64,000 bases of DNA from the NCBI GenBank assembly GCA_051294375.1, contig CM119266.1, forward strand, positions 3,290,030-3,354,029, in the 5' to 3' direction. This document shows, piece by piece, positions 28,401 to 40,400 of this stretch. Both the position numbers and the translations under genes were made by a program. The DNA comes from Paraspadella gotoi. Lineage: Eukaryota > Animalia > Chaetognatha. Below the pieces are notes generated by a model. The model worked only from the letters and a program-made list of their open reading frames with translations, was not told the DNA's origin and did not search any database. Within the stretch, counting starts at the first letter, position 1; every line of letters starts with the position of its first letter.

Positions 28401-31400
28401 ACGCCCCATTAGCACCATCGCTATAGAGCAGGATGGGACGTTTAACCCACGTGTTGTGGCGGATTACAGTTAGATCCGAAGTTCTGAAGCTAGCAAAGGA
28501 CGGGCAATGATTTTTTCCGTCTATTCGGCAATAAACTGACAAAAATATTTTACAGCATAATACAATGTGCCATGTACCTGCTTTTTTCCAAGTGCAGTTC
28601 CAAATGTCTACTATTGGCAGTCCTGCGTTGCAAATTGTAGCGTACGACTCTACAAATCCATTGGAAACAGTAAACTTTTTAAAAAGGTTTTATAGATAAT
28701 GATTGATATAAAGAAAGTAAAATTTGACAAAGAATGACAAAGTTGTTGATTAATTTCTCATTATTTTGTATGAAAAATTATAACAAAACTTTAAAATTCA
28801 AATTAAAAAAAAACTTGCTTGGATCAGAATTTTTCGACTTCACTACGATGCAGTGAAAACATTATATTTTTCATTTTTTTGTGTTTCAAAAATGGGTTAT
28901 TTATATTTTCTTTTACGGGGTGTCAAAGGAACCGTGTTCCTGCTAGTTTAGTACAATTTTTCAAATATTTATCAGAGAAAGTGTTTTTTTTAAATTTAGC
29001 AAAACGACTATTTTTATATTTATATATTTCTTATTTAATCTTAAGGTGAAGGACTTATGTTTTTTTTACTTAGAGTGAAGATAATTATTTTATCAAATCA
29101 TCATATTCATAGTAGGAATTAGTAATCAACATTAATCTATATCTTAGGTTTTTATTTAAATATCACAGTAATTTACGGTCGCAAAGAGTTCCTCCCACTC
29201 CGCAGGGACAGATGCAGTCGAAGGAACCAATTGTGTTGCGGCATGTGCCGTCTGCGCATGGATTGTTCTTGCATTCGTCTATGTCTCTGCATTCAATGTT
29301 TGCTTTGGGCAGGGGGGCGCGGGCGGACGTGTCATTGTAACTGCAAATGGAGTTGTTGCCGTGAGGTTCAAATCCGTCATCGCATAATGTCGCGCATTCG
29401 TATTGACAAAATCCAGCTGTCAAATATTTTAATTTTTCTAGTGTTGCGCCGCGAATTTTTTGGTCGTTCGATCGGTAAGTCTGACTGCATGTCTGAATTG
29501 GTGATCCAGTGGCGGTATATTCAGTTTTTTATTCACACCGCCTCACATCCACCATCGTTCAGCCAACCTCATTGCTCAGAGGGTGAACGCACCATCCCAA
29601 GCATTGCGTTCCATCCACAGTCCTGACGTTGGCAAAGCGAGACCGTCCTGGGATAACCGCGCCAGTGACAGGTGTCCTCACTAAGGATCGGAAGCCCCCA
29701 AATTCAGATGAGTGAGATGCCCTATCCCAGTGGGCATCACAGTGAACCCGTCCCAGTGGGCATCGCAGTGAACCCGGTTGTTGCCATAATCCTTTTTTTC
29801 TTTTTTTTTCTTTTTTCTTTTTTTTTCTTTTTTTCCTTTTTTTCTTTTACCTTGTTTTTTCCAAGAACACTCAAAATTCTTAACATAGGTCGTATTTTGT
29901 GTTTTCCAGGGATCACAAGGAAGATAATAATTCACTGTGGAATACGAATTTATTTTGTGAAAGTTATTTTCAAAACGTAAAAAAATATACAATATTTAGT
30001 CGGATCTGCTTATCAGCAGGATATAAAGTTTCATTGGAATCAAAGAGAGGAAATGAGTTTGCATGAAAAAAAACCAAAGTCAAGTCGACTTGAATTTTAA
30101 TTATTTATGCTTACTCATGAATGTTTTAATTAATTAATTATTTAATTAATTAGTTAAGAGAAAAAATTATACAATTTGAAAAAAATGATGCAAGTTAAAA
30201 AAATTATACATATTGAAAAAAATGATGCAAGTTGAAAAAATGATTCAAGTTTAAAAAAAAGATGCGAGTTGAAAAAAAAATGATGCAAGTTGTAAAAAAT
30301 GATGCAAGTTGAAAAAAATGATGCAAGTTGAAAAAAATGATGCGAACTTGTGTTGGACATCCACACGAATTTGTCTCTAACACTTGAAAAATGATGCAAG
30401 TTCAAAAATGTTGCAAGTTGAAAAAAAGATGCAAGTTGAAAAAAAGATGCAAGTTGAAAATAAGATGCAAGTTGAAAAAAATTATGCGAGTTGAAAAAAA
30501 TGATGCAAGTTGAAAAAACAATAATAGTTAAAAAAATTATTTCTAATATAGTATTTTTTTATTTATTTATTTATTTATATATTTATTTATCTATCTGATT
30601 ACCGCAGATCCGACATTGTTTGCTCAAACTTATTTACATTTAATTAAAAATTACTCACCGTCGCAAACCGTTCCACTATTTCCGCAGGGGCACTCGCACT
30701 CAAAAGTGCCTTTGGTGTTTGTGCAATTGCCTCTGTTGCAAGGATTACTGAGACATTCATCGATGTCGATGCACGTCAGATTCGATAAACGTTTCGGCAC
30801 AGTGCCTTTTTTGTAAGAGCAAATTGTTCGGTCACCTTTTGGTTCAAAACCAGAGTTACAAACTAAAGGGCAGTCATAGATACAATTTCCACCTGTAAAA
30901 AAATTTACTATCAATAGCTGCCTTACCTATCAAAACAAACTATTTGGCAATATCAAATGGCGCTATTTAATTGTAATTTTTACATTTATATTACCAGTTT
31001 CAAAACCAGAGCAGTAATCAATTTTTACTTCTGTGGCGTTCAGTTCACATTGTTTGAAGGTTTCTGTCAACAAATATTCATTTTATAAAAAAGTTATAAA
31101 GTCAATATATTTATAAAACACAAATCTGACAAATCTTAACTTGAAACACGATTAACGCAATGACTGACCGTAAGAGCGTCAATTATGAACAACATACTGT
31201 CAATGAATATTAATTTGTAAAAAGCTATGTATGTATGTAAAATTTATGTTTTTTAATTTATTTAGTGCTATCCTTATAAAATTGAAAAAAATTAAAATTG
31301 GCTTTTCTCATTGGAATTCCTCATCAAAGAAAATATAAATCATTTAAATTTTTTTTTTATTAAGTGGGTTGAAAATTAAAAAAACTATATATAACATATA

Positions 31401-34400
31401 AAATTTTCAGCTTAAAATATAGGTTTTTCTGATATTTGACCAACTTAAAGAAATAATTTTTAAAAAAGAGTTATATTTCTTTATATCAACTTTTTATGAC
31501 GAATCCAAATGTGCCAAAAAAAATTTTCAAAAACTATTTTGAAATTGTAAGGTAAGGCTCGCGCTACAGTACTATATATAAATATGGCCTAATGCGTAAA
31601 TTGTAAATTTATAATAAAATTTTTTTATACTGAAATGTTAACTAGTATAATGTTGTTCTTTCCTTACTTTTAGAATTTTAATTAAACTAAAATTTGAATT
31701 TTTACTACGCCTTACTGACCATTACAAAGCTTTCCACCCCATCCACATGGGCACTCGCAATTAAAGGAGCCGATACTGTTCTGGCAAATTCCATTTATGC
31801 AGGGATTATTGAGACATTCATCAATATCGACGCAGGTGAGATTGGATAAACGATTTGGCACAGTGCCTTTATAGTAATCGCAGATCCTAATGCTTCCCTC
31901 GGGTTTAAATCCAGGATTGCAATGTGCCCAACAATAAAAGCGGCATACGCCACCTGGAAATTAATTTTTTGATTATGATTGTGCTCATCAAAAATTTATC
32001 TTTTTTAAGAGTATTGAGTGTTAATTTCCCAATTTCAAATCATTGATATTTCTCCTTCGTACAAAAATTATTTTTATCTCGCCAGATCTGGCTAGATTTT
32101 GGATCTGTTCAGCTTCATTGTGACGTCGTCGGCGTCGGTGTTGTCGTCGTCGTCGGCATCACGCTTTTTTCTTATGTTGCTGGGGCTTATAATTTTTTTA
32201 GTCGGATTTGCTTATCAGCAGATCCCGACTCTATAATTCACTTTGTCGGTCCGTCGGTCCGCCCCCTCAATATTGTCGGACACACACTTATATCATGTCA
32301 GAACATCGAATTATGATAAATTATGCAAAAAAAACGATTTCGGTCCGTCCGTCCGTCCGTCCGTCCGTCCGTCCGTCCGTCCGTCCATCCGTCCGTCCGT
32401 CCCACCTTAGCAAAAAACTCCAATTACTCGTGATTGGATGGATGGATTGGTATGAAATTTTGTGTGAGGGTAAGAAACTGTGTGATTGAGATGGATATGG
32501 AGTTTCGAGGGAATCGTGCGAGTGGAAATTGGTTTATAATGGAATACAGAAAAAAAATATATTTCACTATTTGAACGCCAATTGCTCATGAGTGGATAGG
32601 GCAATTGACTTGAAATTTTTGTATGATGGTAGGAAAGTGTTGATTGAGCTGGATATAAAGTTTTGATGGAATCGTGCGAGTGGAAATGAGTTAAAATGGA
32701 AAAAACAAAGTCATATTTACTTGAAGTATTTTTACTTAAATTACTCATAATTATTATGTTATTAAAATTGGATAGATAAATCGAAATTGAATTTTGTGTG
32801 GGTAGAAAGTATGTGATAAAGCTGGATATAAGTTTTTTGATGGAATCGTAGGAGTGGAAAAGAGTTCAAATTAGAAAACCAAAAGACACATTTATTTGAA
32901 TTTTTAAAGTTTCTCTCTCTCAATCTCTCTCTGATTGATTGATTAATTGATTGATGATTGATTGACCAAATTATGCCAATTGACAAAAATATGCCAGTTG
33001 ACCAAATTCTTAAAGTTGACCAAATTATGCCAGTTGACCAAATTCTGCAAGTTGATCAAGTTCTGCAAGTTGACCTAATTATCTGCTGTTGACCAAATTA
33101 TGCCAGTTGACCAAATTAGCCAGTTGATAAAATTATGCGGTTGACCAAATTATCTTAATTGATCAAATTATGTCAGTTACGACAAATTATGTCAGTTGAC
33201 CAAATTATGTCAGTAGACCAAATTATGTCAGTTAACCAAATTTATTGGTCATTGACCGAATTTATGACAAGTTGATATAAAGTTAATGCAAGGTTGAACG
33301 CAGTTAGACTTATTACCACTTAATTTTGTATGGAATTTTGTATGTGAGTAGAAAAGTGTGTGATTAAACAGGAAACCAAGTTTCGATGGAATCTTTTGAG
33401 TAGAAATGAGTTTAAATGGAAAAAACAAAAAACCTGTTTCACTAATTGATTATGATTCTTTTTCCTTTTATATTAAATTTATATGCAGGATGTATTAATA
33501 AATCAAATAATTAATCAGTTAATTAATCAATTAGTCAATTAATTAATCAATAATTAATTAATCAGTCAATCAATCCGTCCATCCGTCCCAACTTAGCAAA
33601 AAGCTCCAATAACTCGTGATTGGCTGGTTGGATTGGAATGAAGGGGTGGGTAGGAAAGTGTGTGATAAAGATGGATATAAAGTTTCGACGGAATCGTGTG
33701 AGTAGAAATGAGTTTAAGTGGAAAAAACATAAGTCGCATTTACTAAAATATTTTTACTTATTTTAACCAATAAGTACTCTAATTAATCATAATTGGATGG
33801 ATAGATTGAGTTCAAATTTTTTGTGTGGGTGGAAAAATGTGTAACGATGCTTGATATAAAGTTTAAGAGTTTAAATGAAAAAAATATGAGTCACATTTAC
33901 TTGAATCTTTTTACTTATTTTAACCCATAATAGATTGAGATGAAATTTTGTGAGTGGGTAGGAAAGTGTGTGAAGAAGTTAGATATAAAGTTTTGACGGA
34001 ATTGTGCCAGTGGAAATGAGTTTAAATGGAAAAAACATAAGTCACATTTACTTGAATCTTTATTATTTATAATTACTAATTTATGATTACTAATAAATGT
34101 TTTAATTAATTAATTAATCAGTTAATGTGAAAAAATGATGCAATTTAAAAATATTATGCAAGTTGAAAAAATGATGCAAGCAGAAAAATGATACAAGTTA
34201 AAAAAATCCTAAAAGCAATCCGCTGTTTGCCAATAGAATATTGGCGTGAACACATTGTTGGCCATCAAAACCAATCATTGAATCATAAGGAAGAATGACA
34301 GATTGACAGTTGAGCAAGCAAAAATCAATTTCATTGGATTATGTTGCCAGTGTGAGAAGTATGTGGAAATAGTGATGAATACTGGGGACGTTATCATGTG

Positions 34401-37323
34401 CAGTGTGCTCTACTGAGTTATCAACAAAGGCTCCTCTTCGCGTCTTGCTCAAAGCTTCAATCAAGGAAGAATTATTTATTTGTTCAGATCATCAATTTCC
34501 ACAGTTTAAATTCCACTCTTACATTGACAGATCAACATTGTTATATTTATATTATCATACTCTCATTCACTCTTTCAGAGTTTACCTCTGATTCAGATAG
34601 TACTAAAGATTATTTGCAGTTGACTGTAAGGATGTGATGGGATTCTGTTATTATCCTAACTCGCATTCCCACTAGACTTAGAATAAATATAAATGGTAGC
34701 TCATTGCACAAGAGTAATTCAGTTAGATCAATATATGTCCAGTTGTGAAACATATTCCTAATTAATTTGGGTTAGCAAAATAAGCATTGATCAATAAATC
34801 TAAATTCTTCGGAATATTTTTCACGAATTCCAAGTGGTGACTTATCATTACAATATCTCAGACTCATATTCCACACCTGAATGTAGAATTAGATGCCATG
34901 GTTCTTGTTTGATCAAAAACCTGTTCATGTTCTAACAAATAGATATGCCTGCAGTGGTGGGGCAGTATACTCTGATACCTAAGTTTGGGGGATCCATGAC
35001 CTTTGGAGGACTTGAACCAGTTATAAAAAATACCAGTGGCGACATTAAGGTCGGAAAAAGGCTTAAAACAAATCTCCCAATAACAAATTACAAACTGAGG
35101 CATAAGATAGGATTTATCTAGACGATATGAGCAAATAAAATGGTCATCAAATAGTGTGCATTGTTAGGCAAATAGGCGCAACAAGCAAAGCTAAACCAGA
35201 GAAAAAGCAAATTAAGCTCCAAAGGATTCAACTTTTTAGGATTGAAGCGGTTTTTATTCACCCCATACAGCATTTGAGATTGAGGGATATCATTCCATCA
35301 AATTGTAAGTGAATTACAAATATTATTACAGTATGCAGATGAAGGTAGTAAACATCAGGATAGAGAGATGAAGTAGTAATAACATCAGCTTAGAGAAATT
35401 ACAAAGACATCTCCATACAGCTAATTGGAGATTGGTGAAAGTATATATTCATCAGCTTTAGAGAACTGAAGAAGATTGTTGAGGGTTTGCTCTAGTTGCA
35501 GATGAGAAATTGTTTTTAGGAGCAAGTGCATAATTGACTCGACTTAAGTAATTAATCAATCTATAGACAAGAGATAAAAATAGAATAATAAACTTTATAT
35601 AAGTATTCTATATCCAATAATCATTGAAAAACGATGCATCAAATGACAGAGAACAAAATACAAGCAGTACAGTGTAAGCCCGGACTGCTAGCAACGCTTC
35701 AAAAGCTACATAAACAGCTGATGTACCTCTACAGGAAAATCGCAAAAATTAAGAATATTACTTCCTTATATACAGAGTAGGACACAATTAATTCAAAGAC
35801 CAACTGAGGAGGAGAATTCGACATTTTATGATATAAGATCAAAACATCTACATAGTTTATTATTAACGCAATGAGAGACAGAATATTCAAAGTTCAAGGT
35901 ATAAATTCAAACCAATTAGAGAGTTAAAACAGACTAGTGAGTCTTCTAATTAAACTTAAACTCCAAGATATATTTGAACCATTAAAAAGATAAAAGTGTC
36001 AGAGGCTACAATTTAGATATAAATCATAATTTTATAAACTCTTAACAAAACATTTTTATATTTGCTAATTGTTTATACTCGGAATCTATCTCTCTCTCTT
36101 TGCAATTGCAGACGAGTCTTCAGGCTCTTTTTCTCTGCTCTCTCTCTTCTCTCTTTGAATTGCGAGATCCTTAATNNNNNNNNNNNNNNNNNNNNNNNNN
36201 ATAATAATTGATTGATGTAATAGTAATTGATAGTAATTGATTATCAAATGCGATGATAACCAAATATTGATGCGATGATAACCAAATATTGATGCGATGA
36301 TAACCAAAGATTGATGTGATGATAACCAAATGAATGATGCGATGATAATCATTTATTGATCTGATGATAGTCATTCATTGACGCGATGAGTCATTCATCG
36401 TCAATAAAACAAACATGCGTGTATGCGTGCGAGAGAGAGTGAGAAAGAGAGAGAAAGGAAGGAAAGGAGGTGGAAGAAGAGGAGGAAGAGGAAGAAGAAG
36501 AAAAGGAAATAAAAAATAAAAAAGAAAGACAAAAAAATTGTTACAATTATTTACAATTGGAAATTGTTACAATTGTTTATAATTGTTTATAAGTTGTAAA
36601 AGTGTATATTTTTATTTGTATTAAAATTTAGATATAGCTACTCATCATCAAGATATTTTAAATCATATGTTTCATATCGATTTAAGTATTATTTGTAAAT
36701 AAATATAGTATTCTATATACAATTTGCATATTGCAGTAAGTACTATATTATAATTTGCATATTGTAGTAAATCATAATAAATAAAGAAATAAAAGAAAGA
36801 CAAAAACAGTTACAATTAAGTTATAAAAGTATGTATTTTTATTTGTATTAAAATTTATATATAGCTTCTCATCTTTAAGATCTTTGCAATTGTCATGTTT
36901 CATATGGATTCAGGTATTTTTTGTTTGAATTTTTTTCTCATTATGATTTACTGTAATATGCAAATTAGAATATAGTATTCTAAATACTAATTTGCATATC
37001 ACAGTGAGTAATTTGCAGTAAATCATAATGAGAAAAAATTCAAACAAAAAATACTTGAATCCAATCCAACACTTTTATAAAAATCCATCGTAATTCGTAG
37101 TAGTTTTTATTTTAAACAAGTTTGAGCAAACAATGTCGGATCTGCCTACAATAATTAATTAATTATTAATTAATTAATTAATTAAAACATTTATTAGTAA
37201 TCATTAATATTAAAGATTCAAGTAAATGTGACTTATGTTTTTTCCATCTAAACTCATTTCCACTGGCACAATTCCGTCAAAACTTTTTTTGCAATTGCGA
37301 TGATCCTTATGCTCATTTTTCTG

Positions 37324-37368
<45 letters not shown>

Positions 37369-37403
37369 TTGCAATTGCGACGATCCTTATGCTCATTTTT
37401 CTG

Positions 37404-37444
<41 letters not shown>

Positions 37445-40365
37445 AATTGCGACGATCCTTATGCTTTTAGGATTTTTTTAACTTGTATCATTTTTCTGCT
37501 TGCATCATTTTTTCAACTTGCATAATATTTTTAAATTGCATCATTTTTTCACATTAACTGATTAATTAATTAATTAAAACATTTATTAGTAATCATAAAT
37601 TAGTAATTATAAATAATAAAGATTCAAGTAAATGTGACTTATGTTTTTTCCATTTAAACTCATTTCCACTGGCACAATTCCGTCAAAACTTTATATCTAA
37701 CTTCTTCACACACTTTCCTACCACTCACAAAATTTCATCTCAATCTATTATGGGTTAAAATAAGTAAAAAGATTCAAGTAAATGTGACTCATATTTTTTC
37801 ATTAAACTCTTAAACTTTATATCAAGCATCGTTACACATTTTTCCACCCACACAAAAATTTGAACTCAATCTATCCATCCAATTATGATTAATTAGAGTA
37901 CTTATTGGTTAAAATAAGTAAAATATTTTAGTAAATGCGACTTATGTTTTCCACTTAAACTCATTTCTACTCACACGATTCCGTCGAAACTTATAATCCA
38001 TCTTTATCACACACTTTCCTACCCACCCTTCATTCCAATCCAACCAGCCAATCACGAGTTATTGGAGCTTTTTGCTAAGTTGGGACGATGAGGATTGATT
38101 GACTGATTAATTAATTATTGATTAATTAATTGACTAATTGATTAATTAACTGATTAATTATTGATTATTAATACATCCTGCATATAAATTTAATATAAAA
38201 GGAAAAAGAATCATAATCAATTAGTGAAACAGGTTTTTTGTTTTTTCCATTTAAACTCATTTCTACTCAAAAGATTCCATCGAAACTTGGTTTCCTGTTT
38301 AATCACACACTTTTCTACTCACATACAAAATTCCATACAAAATTAAGTGGTAATAAGCTAACTTGGTCAACTTGCATATATTAATCAACTTGCATAATTT
38401 GGTCAACTGACATAATTTGGTTAACTGACATAATTTGGTCTACTGACATAATTTCTGGTCAACTGACATAATTTGATCAATTAAGATAATTTGATCAATT
38501 AAGATATTTGGTCAACCGGCATAATTTTATCAACTGGCCTAATTGGTCAACATAACTGCGGAGATCGGAGAGAAAGCCTTTCTGGGAGGTCGGAAAGGTG
38601 AGTGGAACCACGAGCAGATCCCACTTCAGTTGGCTTTCTGCACCTTTCGTAACAGGTTGACATCTTCGAGAGGGAGAGGCCGCCGATGACGAAGAGAATG
38701 AGGCGCGTGACGCTGGTTTGCGCGCCTTGTCTTGGTGCTATGAACTCAGAGCTCTAGTAACCGCGCTCAGGGTGGCCGCAGTCGCTATAGATTTGACGGT
38801 CAACTCTCGCAGAATCGTGATCAACTTTGCAGATTTTGCGGGTCAGAACTGAGCAAGCATCAATTGTAGTTGAAATAGACATAATTATAAGAAGTATATT
38901 TAGATATGTCAATACTTGTAAGCAAATCCTATTACTATATTAGTCAAACATGTGGCCCTGAATATTAAAAGATATCAATCCAGATCGAAATACTCAATCT
39001 CATATCTCATAAATCAATCGATAGATCCTTACATCAATCAATTATTATTACATCAATCAATTACTATTTACTATAATTCATTATCGCATCACTCATTCGT
39101 TTTTTCTCCGGATTTTTTTATTAATTTTCTTTGATAATAACGTCTGTCGAGATCACTATACTTTTAAGATTTTTTTTTTTTTGATTCAGTATCTCAGAAT
39201 ATTTCATAAATAAATAAGCTTACTGAAGAATCATTACGTTCACTTATTGAAGGTGACAATTAAAAAACAATAATCTTTAATGAAATTGGTACAACCAATA
39301 TAAAAATTATCCATTCATTAAATAAATAAGCTATCTTGCCCCTGACTTTGGACAGGCTTTGGTGGCTTAAGGCCTCCATCACTCTTACAAGATAATCACA
39401 TCACAAGTCCCTGCAAGCTTTCAATCAAGACTCACAGTCTCATTTATTAACTCCCAGAGTACCTGGCTTCCCTATCAATGAAGTGGTATAATATTTCAAA
39501 GAATGTTTCAATCGTATGAAAAGACCACTTCCTTAATGTATTTATGTGATCATTACCCAATAGGGTAAAGTGAAAGTTTTGAATCAAAATTTAGCAGTTA
39601 TATCTTAAAAACTATCATATTAGTGAATACTAATATGTAGTTATTTTTTTTTATAAATATAGTAGCCCAGTCAGCTTATTTTGTATATAGTACTACCCTT
39701 ATATTATGTCAAAATTTAAAAATGTTTTTTTTTTTAATTCTGAGAACAGATTCAAATTCCTTGTAAAAATTTGATAAAAGAAAATAGAAATCTTTTTAAA
39801 AAAATATGTCATTAAGTAGGTTAAAATTACAAAAAAATATATTTTTAAACTAGAAATTAAAAATCGGTATTTTAAACATAGTTTTTTATATCTTTAACCA
39901 ACTTAATAAAAAAATTTAAAAAAATAATTAGAGAGAGCAAAGAATTTTGAATTTAACAACGATTTTTTATTAGTAGTTGGACATGTTTCGGCTTGCTTAT
40001 TTCAAGCCTTCATCAGCATATGACATTCAATAATAAAAAAAAAATAAACTAAAAACTACTTTCTTTCATATTTCATTTTCATTTAACTATCCCTTAGCTA
40101 ATTACTTATTTATTCACTAGTTAAATGTTAAAATTTCTCCAATGTTAGTTTTTCAAACTCCTTTATCTTTGTTGTACATTGCAAAAATGTATCTTTATTA
40201 TTTATTTATCTCTGTTTTTGTTTCTCTCTCTCTCACTCTCTCTCTCTCTCTCTCTCTCTTTAACAAGTTTCACTTCTTTTCACAACTCACTCAATCTGTC
40301 CTCACCTTCAACCTGTCCTCACATCTGACCACTATTCTGTCTCACCACTTTGTTGGAAAAACTTT

Positions 40366-40400
<35 letters not shown>

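Noticed and set aside
34240-36000. Decayed coding-like stretch with a QYADE motif (possible RT or transposase remnant)
   Set aside because: Stops in all frames and no second motif I could confirm; needs BLASTX.
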